64,000 bases of DNA. It comes from Felis catus (lineage: Eukaryota). A program made the position numbers and the translations under genes. The stretch's first letter is position 1; every line of letters begins with the position of its first letter. Of this stretch, positions 37,061-50,029 are shown one piece after another. The stretch is from the NCBI RefSeq assembly GCF_018350175.1, contig NC_058368.1, positions 24,492,001 to 24,556,000 of the forward strand, given 5' to 3'. A model generated the notes under the pieces. The model was not told the origin of the DNA. It ran no database searches and saw nothing but the letters and a program-made list of their open reading frames with translations.

Positions 37061-38520
37061 TTAGCTACTTGGTTAGTTAATCTAAGACCCCCCCCCCTTT
37101 TCATTCTGAAATTCTGAAGCTCTCCATGAGACCTTCCTTAAGTAAACTCTTAACCCTTCAAATAAAGAGAAAAGATTACTCGTCAAGTGTTTATAAAAAT
37201 ACATGATTTTTTTTCTCTTGTACCCTCGTCAGCCTTCTCCAAATGCAGTTTTTAATCACAGGGATCATGCAAGTGAATAGCAGGGGACACAAGTGGTTCC
37301 CAAACTTGGAGACAACTAAGGTTCAGGTCTTGTCAGCAAAACTGTCACCCTCTAAGGATGAAGAATGGAGATGTTTTTTCCCACGGCAACAGCCCTGGGA
37401 CTCCATCCCAGGACAGCACCCCAAAATGGGGAAGGTACACAGGCCTCGGGCCTCATGCTCAAGCCCAAATGTGGAGCGTGCAACAAAGGAGCTGACCTCA
37501 GCAGACGAAGCAGACTGACGTGGTATGGTATTCAATGCCCACCCTATGTAGAAATTACCGATCCTGTTCTCAAGTATGATGACAGGTTGAAGGTCGTGAA
37601 CAACTAACCTCAAGTCATTAAGGCTCTGTGGATGCTAAGAAATGATCAGGAAGAGGCTGCCTCCACCTGGTTCCCTCAGCTGGCTCCCACAGTTCCGAGC
37701 ACACAATTCTATGCCTCCCTCGTCCCCTTCATGAGATGAGCAAGTGAGGGCAGGCCTAGTTTCTAAAAGAGGATTACATCGTTCTCTGGCCACTTTGCTC
37801 AAAAGAGGGATATGCAGTGCATTTACTTCCCTGAAGAATGATGGAAAATAAAAGCATGTTCATCAAACACATTATGAAAAGACTTTATAGCACTCCACAA
37901 CGCATTTACTTCTTTTTTCCAGAATTTACTCCAATTGTGTCTCGTGGTCTTTTCCTCAAATTGAGTGGAAATAAAAGTCAAAGTTCCCCCAAATGACACA
38001 CGGCACTGTCAGTGGAAAATATGGCCAGCAACAGCCACAACAACGTGTCAGTCTCTTTTTAATTCCAAAGCAAATCAACTGTACTGATGAGAGTACTGTC
38101 TTCCCTCTCAATCTTTGCACCACATCTGGAAAAGACTTGGGGACATGCCTGCACTTTTCTTCTGCCCTGTGACTGCTGTTCACACAAGAGATTAGGAAAC
38201 AAAACTGGATTTGGACTATGGGAAATAAATGTCCACTGGGCCCCCAGTTCTGGTCACTTTAGAAAGGCACCTGTGACCCATGATCCCCCCTCACAAATCC
38301 TAGACTGCTTTGGTTGTACCATGGGGTCACAGTGCATCCAACAGCAACTCGTAGCCTAATCTGTGAATACAGAGTGACTCATCGCCTTTCAACTCTGGCT
38401 ATAAAACTGGTAGCTCATGGACAGGGAAGTCAAGACTGCCCTATGAGCACAGAAAATGCCCTGCCCTCAGCTCTGCGTCAAAACTAATTGGTAATTATCA
38501 ACAGTATTAGAAGTAAACAC

Positions 38521-38735
38521 GGGGCACGTGGGTGGCTCAGTCGGTTAAGCATCCGACTTCAGCTCGGGTCACGATCTCACAATTTGTGGGTTCGAGCCCC
38601 ACATCGGGCTCTGTGCTGACAGCTCAGAGCCCGGAGCGTGCTTCTGTTTCTGTGTCTCCCTCTCTCTCTGCCCTCCCCCGGCTCATACTCTGTCTTTCTC
38701 TCACTCTCGCAAATAGTAAACATTAAAAAATTTTA
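38521..38735 (+). mobile_element. CAN-SINE
   Basis: ggggcacgtgggtggctcagtcgg head, A-rich tail. Confidence 0.95.
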
Positions 38736-39460
38736 AAACAAAAGGCAAACAGATGCACTTAGTGTCGTAGATCCTTCTCCCAGAGCTTAAGTTCATACAG
38801 AGAGACCTCCCTTGTCCCACTGACCCTCTCCGCCCTGCCCCCACCCAACCCCAGCCCTCACTTGCACGGAAGCTGTTCCCCTGGTTGGTAGGTAACAAAT
38901 GTCAGTTAGTTCCCCAAGGTGTCTTAGGGCCTGAGAGCTTATATTATGCTGTGCATGATATCAGTAAAATGGGACCAAAATTTAAATGTGTTGTATGGAA
39001 AGTGGAAATGTTTAAAGGAAGGGGTTGGTTACTTCTGACAGAAAATACCTGACACCACGTATGTTAATGAACAGTGTTGGTTTCAACCTGAGGGAGGCAA
39101 CAGCTTGTATCTACCTTTTCCTGGGCATATTCTTCAGATTCTGGGCAGCATCTGAACACTCAAGGCACTCAGCCAGTTAAAACCAACTGAAATGTGCGTT
39201 CTTTCTCTCAACTGTTTCCACCTAAGTGCAGGTGCATGTATGTGTGTGTGTTCCTGCAGAGTGTTAAGTGTATGGGGGGGGGGGGCGGCGGGAGAGTCTG
39301 TGTTATGAGGGATCTTCTTTTGACCCCTTGAGAATATGTCGAAATGGAAAGCTCTTTAGCCCCGCACCATGTGAGAACCCCTTCTCTTCCTTCAGGTCTA
39401 AGTATCTGGGCGCTCATAGCCCAACAGGAGTCCAGAAACTACAAATTTCTGAATGCAGGC

Positions 39461-39938
39461 TCTATTCGTTTCCTATGGACCCTGTAACAAATCGCCACAA
39501 ACTCAGCAACCTGAGACAACACAAATGTATTTATCGCCTTACGGTTGTGGAGGTCAGAAGTTAGAAATGGGTCTTATAAGGCTAAAAGCAAGGGGTTGGC
39601 AGACCCGGGTTCCTCCAGGAGGCTCATCCCTCGCCTCTTCCAGCTTCTAGAGGCTGCCTACGTTCCTCGGCTCCTGGCCCTGTGTCACCGGCCCCTCTGT
39701 TTCCATCCCAACAGCTGAATCTCCTTCTCTGACTGATCCCCCCATCTCTCGACAAGAAGAATGTTTGTTATTACGTCAGATTCACTGGGGGAAATCCAAG
39801 ATAACCCCTCCACCTCAAGATCCTTAACTCAATCACACCTACAGAGTCCTTTCTGCTGTGGTAGGTAATGTATTTACAGGTTCCAGGGATCAGAACTTGA
39901 GATCTATTGGGCGGTGGGGTCATTGTTTGACCTACCAC
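39461..39938 (-). mobile_element. MLT1-type (ERVL-MaLR) solo LTR, near full length
   Basis: tttcctat...ctgtaacaaatcgccacaaactcagc...ggaggtcagaag...ttccagcttctagaggctgcc...ctcaagatccttaact...acaggttccagggat...cctaccaca resembles reverse MLT1C/D. Confidence 0.88.
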
Positions 39939-40602
39939 ACTAGTGAATTACGTTTCAGTGTAATTGAAAGGCCCTTAGAAATTGGGGTTTTCGTTAAAAA
40001 ACATTTATATATATATAATTTCAGCCTACTAATGGATCAGATTAGGTTCAAGTCTTTTCAATTCAATTATTTTTCATTACATGACCTTGGTTACCCCAAA
40101 CTCCTCTTCTCTGCCTCTGTTACTCCACCCCTAAAAGCTGGATTGCCCTATAGATCCAGAAACGCTGAGGGGAGCCTGTCTAATGTAAAATCTCTTAACA
40201 TCTTACAAATTTAGACAGATTAACATGCGTGACATGTAGCAGTTTCTTACACCCCTGGAATCACTCAGCAGACAGCCTCAACCATCAAGACAAATCTAAG
40301 ATTCCCCCAGGGAAGTAACCACAGAAAATGACAGGTCACTGCAATAAATATCACTTCTGGGTACCTACTGAGCACATGGCTAGCACTGAGACTAAGGGGA
40401 AGACTTAAGATAACAGCGGCACAGGCCTAGCAGAGGACAGGAAATGCGCAGGGAGAAAAAAAAATGGAAGACAGCAAATGGCATACTACAAGTACCAGAG
40501 CAGGGTTTTGGAGTCTGAGCTGAGACAGGAAGCGGAAGGTGGCTATTCAGACAATGACATCACAGTAAAGGCGGCCCTTGGGCTTAGTTTAAAACAATTG
40601 TA

Positions 40603-40826
40603 GGCGTCCTGGGTGGCTCGGTTGGTTAGGCATCTGACTTCTGCTCAGGTCATGATCTTGCAGTCTGTGAGTTCGAGACCCACATAGGGCTCCGTGCTGA
40701 CAGCTCAGAGCCTGGAGCCTGCTTCGGATTCTGTGTCTCCCTCTCTCTCTGCCCCTTCCCCTACTTGTGCTCTGTCTCTCTTGTCTCTCTCTCCGTGCTC
40801 TCTCTCTCAAAAATAAATAAATAAAC
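40603..40826 (+). mobile_element. CAN-SINE
   Basis: Typical head, (CT)n, (AAAT)n. Confidence 0.95.
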
Positions 40827-40828
40827 TA

Positions 40829-41030
40829 GGAGCACCTGGGTGACTCAGTTAGTTAAGTGTCTGACTTCAGCTCAGGTCATGATCTCACCGTTTGTGAGTT
40901 CAAGCCCCACGTCGGGCTCTGTGCGGACAGCTTAGAGCCTGGAGCCTGCTTCGGATTCTGCGTCTCCCTCCCTCTGCCCCTCCCCCTCTCGTGCTCTGTC
41001 TCTCTCAAAAATAAACATTAAAAAAAATTT
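40829..41030 (+). mobile_element. CAN-SINE, tandem with the previous one
   Basis: ggagcacctgggtgactcag head directly after the preceding tail. Confidence 0.95.
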
Positions 41031-41839
41031 TTTTTTAAAGTTTGTAGAACTTTGCTTCAACCTCTCCAATGAGAAGAAATAAAATGGATCATGGTCTCAG
41101 GGCAAGAGCAATCCTCACTCGGAATCTATTTATTTACCACTGGAGCACATTAAGTTTCCAAATAAAATAGCCTCGTTTTAATTACAAAAATTTTAGCCTT
41201 TGTTTTAAAAACAAGTTCCAATTTACAGAAAAACACAAAAATAAAGTAAAAATCCTTGCCAAATCCCACCAGTCACAAAAAGGTACCCGCTCCTCCAGAC
41301 AACTCTCTACGAAAATATAAACAAAACACACATACTTCCAAGGGGCTTGGGATTTCTTGGTTCACCACAAAAATAAAAGCAGCAAAGTGAGACTGGGGAG
41401 CAAGGAAATGCCATTATAAATATCACCAGTGAAGGGAACAAAAAGTGATAAATGACAAGGAGGAAGGATACCAAAATGTTACAGTATTAAACCTATGCAC
41501 TAAGAAGGCCTGACATCCTGGAGTTTTAGTGTAACCGAGGGCCGAGGGTTCAGTATTTCATGCTAGCACAGGGCATCTGGGTAGTAAGCCACAAATAAAT
41601 GATGCTCACAGGATAATGAGGAGGAGGAGGAGGAAACTGAGAAGAGGTTAAAGGAGATTCTGTATCATCAGTTTAGCCTTCAGAAGACGAGCATTTCAGA
41701 ATGACTGTCACCAAAAAAAAAACAAAAAACAAAAAACAAAAAACAAAACAAAACAAAAACCTATTCAAATTAGAAATGGGGAACTTAAGGGAACATCTCA
41801 ATGAAACTGAACTCTTGTTTCTTCAACAGTTGGGAGAGA

Positions 41840-42000
41840 GCTCTGCTCGGGAGTTCGGCAACCCAGCCCCACTCACAGAGTTTCCACTAACTCTGCTGTG
41901 TGACTCTGGGGAAGTCACTTCACACCTCTGAGTCTCCGTTTCCTCCAGTGAGGCTAAGTGTTGGACTAGGTCAAACCTCCTAGTTCCAGCATCTTATATT
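41840..42000 (+). mobile_element. MIR fragment
   Basis: gctgtgtgactctggggaagtcacttcacacctctgagtctccgtttcctc. Confidence 0.7.
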
Positions 42001-42316
42001 TTACAAGTGAATTGTCACCATTAAACCTGAAGTAAGAACTCCAGTCACACCTTCCAGCCACTATCACAAATTATAGTCTGGTGCTGGCCTTATAACCAGA
42101 AACGTAACACTTCTAGACAGCAAAGGAAACTGAATGAAAGAAGAAAACTAAAAATCAAAACTGTGCAACTCTCTCCTTAAGGAATTCGTCCCATGAAGAA
42201 ATACCCAACTTCCCCTATCAGGATGTTTAGAAATTCCAGAATGCCCAACAAAAATATTTACAGGCACATGATGAGGAAAAAAAATCTGCTAGGATTATTA
42301 AGAAAAAGAAGGTGGG

Positions 42317-42537
42317 GGGGGGCGCCTGGGTGGCGCAGTCGGTTAAGCGTCCGACTTCAGCTCAGGTCACGATCTCGCGATCCGTGAGTTCGAGCCCCGC
42401 GTCAGGCTCTGGGCTGATGGCTCGGAGCCTGGAACCTGCTTCCGATTCTGTGTCTCCCTCTCTCTCTGCCCCTCCCCCGTTCATGCTCTGTCTCTCTCTG
42501 TCTCAAAAATAAATAAATGTTAAAAAAAAAAAAAGAA
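42317..42537 (+). mobile_element. Young felid CAN-SINE
   Basis: GGCGCAGTCGG and GGGCTGATGGCT diagnostic variants. TSD aagaaaaagaaggtggg on both sides. Confidence 0.97.
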
Positions 42538-43124
42538 AAGAAAAAGAAGGTGGGGGGTGGGGGAGAAGGAAAGGAAAGAGGATGGGGGGCAGCAGCTGGT
42601 GAGAACCAGACACACAGGGTCTACGGAACCTCTGAACAGAAAACACTTCACAGTTTCTGTACCTCTGCTCCCGCAGCCCACGAGTGCGTTTCCAAGGGGA
42701 GATGAGTGGATAAAAAGCACAAGACTGCTGTAAAATAAATACGTAAAGCAACATGGAAAGAACACATCATTGTTCCAGAGTCAGGAAGCTCTGGAGACCA
42801 GCCCAGGAAAACACTCTCTAACCTAAGGTGTGCCCTTCCAAGTCTTGGTCTGTTTGTTTATAAAGGGCTCAGAGAGAGAATTCCAGACACGTGTGTTTTC
42901 ATGTCACTCCAACTTTCCTTGGAGAAAAATGATTTTAAACTCAGGACGGCTAAGGTTGGGAACGGGGAGATGAAGAGGGCTCTTTCGGCGTACTTCTCAG
43001 CGGTGCCCTGTGCTAACTGGATTGCCCCTCCCGGGGACTTCATGGGCTGATTTCTTGAGGAAACAGTGCCGTGACTTCATTGCCTGCCACTCAGCCCAAC
43101 GTTTTTCTCATCTAGCTGAGTGTT

Positions 43125-43350
43125 TGTTTGGTTTTTCTTTTCAATTCAAGTTTATTTATTTCTTTTGAGAGAGAGCACGCACACACGAGTGTGGGAGGGA
43201 CAGAGAGAGAGGGAGAGAGAAGAATCCCAAGCAGGCTCCACGCAGTGAGCACACAGCCCGACGCGGGGCTCGAAACCACAAACCGTGAGGTCAGGACCTG
43301 AGTCGAAATGAAGAATTGATGCTGACCCGACTGAGGCACCCAGGAGCCCC
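43125..43350 (-). mobile_element. CAN-SINE (older)
   Basis: Ends gactgaggcacccaggagcccc. Confidence 0.92.
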
Positions 43351-43794
43351 AGATCTGAGTTTTTACTTACACCTCAGCCGGTATCCAATACGGCCCAGAA
43401 CATTCTCACATGCACCCTTCCCCCTCATCACTGCATTAGGACTAATAGAGTTTGCCTGCTGCTGATTGGATAATGGTCAGCACGTTGTCTGAAACCTGGA
43501 TAGTTCTGGGGTGAAATGAAAGCACTTATGCTCTTAGTTCACCTGCCTCAAAGCAGGTCACAAATTCCCATCAGGCTGTTCCAGTACATCTCAGTCCTTG
43601 GATCGTGAAAAAAAGGTTAGAAAAAGATAAACCTCGTAGGAATTCAGAGGCTGAGGGCAGAACAAGACCAACAAGAACCAGTTCAGCCGACTCTGCTCCA
43701 GCTGTAATTCATGCGTATGCGGCATCATGGGGGAGAAAAGGCAGACAAATGTAAGCCTTGCATGTGGGAAATGCACACACACACAAAATGGAGA

Positions 43795-44005
43795 GATCTG
43801 AATTTCAAATAAATCTTTTTTTTTAGTGTAATTATGTCCTAAATATTGCATGGGAAGTAGGCAAAAACATTATTTTCTGTTTATCTGAAATTGCTATTTA
43901 ACTCTTGCACGGGGCATACCTAGACCTCAAAAAACTCATGGTTGATGTGAAATTCAAAGGCAAATTGAGTGTTCTGTACTGTTATTTGCTAAATCTGACA
44001 AGCCC
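43795..44005. mobile_element. MER53-like palindromic hAT MITE with a reiterated arm
   Basis: tgaatttca...tttttagt...tatgtcctaaatattgcatggga...gtttatctgaaatt...atttgctaaatctgacaa matches the MER53 centre and terminus. Confidence 0.75.
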
Positions 44006-44384
44006 ATCCCTCGGTTTCATCAATACTCCTTCATGGTGTTCTATAACACAAGGAAGAAATTGCAGCCAGCATAACAAACTGGGGGGGGGGGGGAGGTTAT
44101 CAACAAACTAATTTTGAAAGGAAAGTTCAACAGTATTGTTGTTATTATTATGTTATTGTTAATATTGTCCAATTAAGGACAAATGATTTTAGAGACTATC
44201 ACTGTACCCCCCCCCAAAATCTGTGTATCATTGAAATTAAAGAGTTTCACTGGGGTCTTCAGAACATAACCTCTTTCGTGGTACTTTGAATATTAAAGCA
44301 TCTGATTTAAAGAGGCGAAAGGAGATTAAAAAGTATTTTTAAATACTTAAAACTTGCCAGTACTTAAAGAGTTTTCTAATAGAA

Positions 44385-45193
44385 TTGTCTGTCTACCCTA
44401 TGACCCAGCAATAGCACTGCTAGGAATTTACCCAAGGGATACGGGACTGCTGATGCACAGGGGTCCATGTACCCCAGTGTTTATAGCAGCCCTTGCAACA
44501 ACAGCCAAATGATGCAAAGAGCCTAAATGTCCATCAACTGATGAATGGATAAAGAAGATGTGGTTTATATATACAATGGAATACTACTTGGCAATGAGAA
44601 AGAATGAAATATGGCCTTTTGTAGCAACATGGATGGAACTGGAGAGTGTTATGCTAAGTGAAATAAGTCGGGCAGAGAAAGATAGATACCATATGTTTTC
44701 ACTCTTTTTTTTTTTTTTTTTCTTTTTTTTTTTTGAACATTTATTTATTTTTGGGACAGAGAGAGACAGAGCATGAACGGGGGAGGGGCAGAGAGAGAGG
44801 GAGACACAGAAACGGAAACAGGCTCCAGGCTCTGAGCCATCAGCCCAGAGCCTGACGCGGGGCTCGAACTCATGGACCGCGAGATCGTGACCTGGCTGAA
44901 GTCGGACGCTTAACCGACTGCGCCACCCAGGCGCCCCCATATGTTTTCACTCTTATGTGGATCCTGAGAAACTTAACAGAAGACCATGGGGGAGAGGAAG
45001 GGGGTAAAAAGTTACAAAGAGGGAGGGAGGCAAACCATAAGAGACTCTTAAATACTGAGAACAAACTGAGGGTTGACGGGGGGTGGGAGAGAGGGGAAAG
45101 TGAGTAATGGGCATTGAGGAGGGCACCTGTTGGGATGAGCACTGGGTGTTCTATGGAAACCAATTTGACAAATTACATTTGGTAATAAAAAAA
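44385..45193 (+). mobile_element. Felid/carnivore LINE-1 3' end (L1_Fc-like), 5'-truncated and interrupted by a SINE
   Basis: ctaccctatgacccagcaata...; ORF2 C-terminus (MWFIYTMEYYLAMRKNEIWPFVATWMELESVMLSEIS); 3'UTR gatcctgagaaacttaacagaagaccatggggg; poly-A. Confidence 0.93.
44707..44937 (-). mobile_element. Young felid CAN-SINE inserted in L1
   Basis: Perfect 17-bp TSD catatgttttcactctt at 44690-44706 and 44938-44954. Confidence 0.97.
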
Positions 45194-45671
45194 GAATTAA
45201 GTCGTCTATGGTAGGTATAATGTCAAATTTATTGATGGTATTCAACGTAAGCATCCGCAGTTTTCCACTTAAACTACTCACTCTGGTGACACATATGAAC
45301 TCTCCTCCAGTTCTCTTCTATTAGACACAGAACGCCTCTGCAGACATCAGCTCAGGAAACAAAGCCTTTGGGTTATGTAAGGAGGCCGCTGACAGAAAGA
45401 GAATGGGGCTGGCAGAAGATTTCAGGGAAGACCTGAGTCAGGGTCAGGAGGAAACTGGACAGCTTCCCAATACCTCAGAACTCCACAGTGTGGCTTTGTT
45501 ACTCCCTCCGTGATCAGACACACCCATGCTCCCAATACAGTGCCATGCCAGAAAGAAGTGATCTGGAGATTGTCCATATCTCTGTTTGAGCATCTAATGA
45601 AGAAGAGGGCTTCTCCTTCCTAGATCATATCAACCGCAACAGGCACAAAGTTATTTAAAAGATGGGGCCAC

Positions 45672-45881
45672 GGGGGCACCTGGATGGCTCAGTTGGTTGG
45701 GCGTCCGACTTTGGCTCAGGTCATGATCTCACGGTTCGTGAGTTCAAGCCCCGCATTGAGCTCTGTGCTGACAGTTTGGAGCCTGGAGCCTGCTTTGGAT
45801 TCTGTCTCTCCCTCTCTCTCTGTCCCTCCCCTGCTCATGCTCTTTCTCTCTCTTAAAAAATGAATAAAACATTAAAAAAAA
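45672..45881 (+). mobile_element. CAN-SINE
   Basis: TSD aaaagatggggccac / aaaagatggagccac. Confidence 0.96.
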
Positions 45882-46089
45882 AAAAGATGGAGCCACAACA
45901 CACAGATTTTTTATTATAAAAATATAGCCATGTGTTCAACAACAAAGAAATTTATTTAAATTTACTTTTTTTGTTGTTTTTTAAGTACTGAACAATGGCT
46001 ATCAAAACCACTCTGACCATGCAGAACCTCAGTCTGGTGTTCAGAGAAGCATATTGCTTGGAGGGGGATCAAAAGCAGTGCCCTTGGAT

Positions 46090-46340
46090 TAAGAAATAAT
46101 AATGACACTGCGCATTTTCTATGCACCAGACATTGTGCTCAGCGCTTTGCATAAATTTACCCCGTTCAATCCTCACCACACCCCTATGAGTTAAAAAAAA
46201 AAAAGACTTTTAGTTTTATTTAATCCCGTGAGAAGACTTTCTCCAAGAAGTTAAGTAGTTTGTCTAAGGCTACAGACACTATAAAGTGCAGGGGAATAAT
46301 TCTGACCCACTAGAGACTAATCCAAAACCAGTCCTCTTAA
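46090..46340 (-). mobile_element. MIR
   Basis: tatgcaccagacattgtgctcagcgctttgcata...aatcctcaccacacccctatgag...gaagttaagtagtttgtctaaggctaca. Confidence 0.75.
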
Positions 46341-48097
46341 CCCTGAGTGGACACCCCATTCCAGATTAAATGACACATGTTCTGGGTGCTAATCACGGCG
46401 CTACCATTGCTACAGCAAGGGAACAACCAAAATGCACTTAAATTTCTCTGAGTCTCAGTTATACATGACGCTAGATCATCTCCAAAGACCTTCCCACCTT
46501 CAAAAATGTCGGCTCTTTTCAATTTGAACCAAAGATTCCTCAGGACCAGCTATTCATAGCTGCACTTCATCCTCCTGACACCTCTGAAACATGGACAGAT
46601 TAAGTGGCTTCCTCAAGCCTCCACAGTTAGAACGGAAAGAGATGGGACTCAAATTCTGATCTTTTGAATCCACAGCCAGAGTCACCACTGATTAATAAAC
46701 CAATGACTGGATCCATGATCTCTAATTTACATGGCAATGCTTGCAGGTGGGTAAACCCAGAAACATCCAGGTTACAAACTCAACTACAGCAAACCAGCTA
46801 TTAACTCTCAGGTTTGTGAGACAGGCTCCTTCTTCCCAATAAAAAAGAAAGTGGCTGAAAACTTGGGACTCATTAGTTGGATGTCAAGAGGTAGACAGAA
46901 GTGCTGACGCCATGATTCGAGCCAAGCTTGTGTTCCGAACATCCCAGGCTCTGGTGACCCTGCAGAGAGACCTCCCACCCACAGAAAGCACTCTGGTCCT
47001 GCGGGATCTTCACAGGGCAAGAAGAGAAACTCCACAGGGCTGGGGTTGGCGGGTATGGGGTAGCCGGCCACCTAAACATCGCTACGGAAATCCTTATTAA
47101 CCTAAGACTCAAATTCTTTTATGGTTTTGTGACAAGCCCCACCTGGATTTCAAATGGATAAGAAAATTCAGAATTCCAGAAAATACTGAATCAACCTTAG
47201 AGGACATGCCATTGAATCTTTTAAAAGCCTCTAATTACCTTTGACCAACGAGATGATTGCTAATCATCCCCTCTATTCATCTTTTCAAAATTCTGTAACC
47301 TTCCTTTTCCTTAATTTAAAGAGTCTTTTTCCCTATCCGCCTCAAACATAAACTTTTACATCAGGCAGTCTCCACCTCCCAAGCCAGTTCCCCCTCACAT
47401 CATTCCATCCAGTCTATTTATCTCTGGCTGTATGGAACTCCCTTTTCCGTAGGAAGGAAGAAAAGGCACTGGAGAAAAGAGGGAGAATTAAAAGACTCTA
47501 CCAGACTTGAGGCTGATGCGTTTCCTCTACACGTTGTGTTAATAAGTGTAGAAAAGAAAGAAAGAGAAGAATTTCTCCCCTCAAATATCCTCGAGGCAGG
47601 TAACAGCATGCTGTTCCGAGTGGCCATGAACCTGTGCTTTTAAGGGGCAGGGGGGCTGCTGTGTGATTCCCATCGCGCTGGGCCTTGCTTGGTGAACAAC
47701 CTCTCCCTCCAAACAAAGCTGTTTCTATGAAATGTTCCATCCGCTCCCACCTCCCAAGAACAGCAGCGCAGGTAAAATTCAATGAGCAACTAGAGCTAGC
47801 AGGGCTTCTACAATCAAACGGCTTACAAATGTAACAGAATCCCCAGCAGCAGGCAATCGACCATAACAGAAAGTTGACTGTTGCCACAGAACACCCACAA
47901 AAAAGGAAACGCGCATCCTTTGCAAGGATGATGCTCATTACAACAAGTACTTTAGGCTCTGTCGGGTGTGTGAAACTGGTCAGGATGTAAAGTGTATTTC
48001 TTACGGGGGGGGGGGGGGGTGGTCATGGTTTCAAAAGCTTGGAAACACTGTTGTGGGCTCGGTAGTAAACTCAATTTAGAGTAGTAGCAGCAAAGGG

Positions 48098-48203
48098 AGC
48101 GTGGAGCCCAATGCGGGGCTCGATCCCATGAGCCGTGAGATTGTGACCTGAGCCGAAGCCAAGAGCTAGGGAGGCTTAACCGACTGAGCCACCCAGGTGC
48201 CCC
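48098..48203 (-). mobile_element. CAN-SINE, head half only
   Basis: gcgtggagcccaatgcggggctcgatccc...actgagccacccaggtgcccc. Confidence 0.88.
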
Positions 48204-48589
48204 TGTTATTCTTGGCTTGAAGTAATCCAACTACCCAAGAAAACTACTGTAAAACACCTGAACGATTTCAAATGCAGGTGTTTACAAGGCACATGCCAAA
48301 AAACAAAACAAAACATAAAAAAAACAAGTAACATCAAGGTTTGAAAGACAGGAAGCCACATTCCCAAACCATAAAGATATTACTAGGGTAAAAATGTTCA
48401 AATTTCTACATTTAAAACCCTGGCCCGAGTAGTCAATACGCAACGCAAAGCATTACGATGACTCCTGAATCCCACAGAGGCAAAATGTCACACAGGCAAT
48501 GCCCTAGTGTGAGAAAATAGAACAGGGACATTTTCTTTGAAAGGACTAACACCTTTCACGTTTAATATAACTACCACATTTAACACTGG

Positions 48590-49445
48590 GTAGCATTTAA
48601 TATCCAGAACGTATACAGAAAAATTACAACTCAACAACAATAAAACCACCCAAGTGAAAAATGGGCAAAGAACTTAAGACATTTTTCCAAAGAAGATACA
48701 CGAACGGCCAACAAGCACATGAACAAATGCTCAGCATCACTAATTATGAGGAAAATGCAAATCGAAACCGCAGTGACATCCCTCACACCCCTTTGTGTGA
48801 CTACTATCAAAACAACAACGATGAGAAGTGTCGGACAGGATGTGGAGAAACTGGGCCTCTCGTGCCCTGTTGACGGGATGTAAAATGGCGCAGTGGCTAT
48901 GGAAAACAGCATGGCGGTTCCTCAAAGAGTTAAAAATAGAATTACCACATGATTCAGCAATTCCACGTCTGGGTACATGCCCAAAGAACTGAAAGCAGGG
49001 ATCTTTACACCCACGTTCATGCCAGCATTATTCACAAGAGCCAAGAAGTGGAAGCCACCCAAGTGTCTATCCACAGACAAATGGGTAAACAAAGTGTAAT
49101 ATATACATTCAAGGGAATATTATTCAGTTTTAAAAGGAAATTGTGACACACGCTACAACTCAGATGAACCTTGAAGACACTATATGCTGAGTGAACAAAG
49201 CCAGTCCCCAAAAGGCAAATATCGAATGAATCCTCTTACCTGAAGTACCAAGAATAGTCAAATCCATGCTTATGGAAAGCAGAATGGTGGTTTCTAGGAC
49301 CTGGGAGCAGGGGGAACGGGGTACAGAATTTCAGTGGTGCAAGATGAGGGAAGGTGTGGAGACTAGCCGTAAGACAGCACGAATATACTCAACACTACTG
49401 AATTGGTTAGGATGATACATTTTAGGCGTATTTTACTTAAAATAC
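48590..49445 (+). mobile_element. Old LINE-1 ORF2 end and 3'UTR (L1MB-like)
   Basis: aaaatgggcaaagaacttaagacatttttccaaagaagata...aatgcaaatc...tggaaaacagcatggcggttcctcaa...aaatagaattaccacatga. Confidence 0.9.
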
Positions 49446-49476
49446 ATAAATAAATAAATAAATAAATAAATAAATA

Positions 49477-49637
49477 GGGGTGCCTGGTTCAGTTGCTTAA
49501 GTGTCCAACTTCAGCTGAAGTCACGATCTCGCAGTTCCTGAGTTTGAGCCCCACATCTGACTCTGTGCTGACAGCTCAGAGCCTGGAGCCTGCTTCGGAT
49601 TCTGTGTCTCCCTCTCTCTGCCCCTCCCCCACTTGTG

Positions 49638-49676
<39 letters not shown>

Positions 49677-49733
49677 CGCGCATGTCTATCTCTCTCAAAA
49701 ATAAATAAGCATTAAAAAGAATAAAAATAAATA
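49477..49733 (+). mobile_element. CAN-SINE containing a (TG)n expansion
   Basis: SINE body with (TG)~16 at ~49639-49672. Preceded by (TAAA)n. Confidence 0.93.
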
Positions 49734-49734
49734 A

Positions 49735-49933
49735 GGGTGCCTGGGTGGCTCAGTCGGTCAAGTGACCAACTTCAGCTCAGGTCATGATCTCACAGTTCAT
49801 GGGTTCGAGCCCCGTGTCAGGGCTCTATGCTGACAGCTCAGAGCCTGGAGCCTGCTTCCGATTCTGTGTCTCCCTCTCTCTCTGCTCCTCCCCCACTAGC
49901 ATTTTGTCTCTCTCTCTCTCAAAAAATAAACAT

Positions 49934-49934
<1 letters not shown>
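49735..49934 (+). mobile_element. CAN-SINE, tandem
   Basis: gggtgcctgggtggctcagtcgg head. The tail runs into (GAAA)n. Confidence 0.95.
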
Positions 49935-49994
<60 letters not shown>

Positions 49995-50029
49995 CCCCAC
50001 ACACACTCACACATACACACACACACACA
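49935..50029. repeat. (GAAA)~14 followed by an imperfect (CA)n
   Basis: Direct reading. Confidence 0.95.

Noticed and set aside
48005..48019. G15 run (also G runs near 39274 and 44081) as functional G-quadruplexes
   Set aside because: These are isolated homopolymers with no supporting context, and their lengths are prone to sequencing error.
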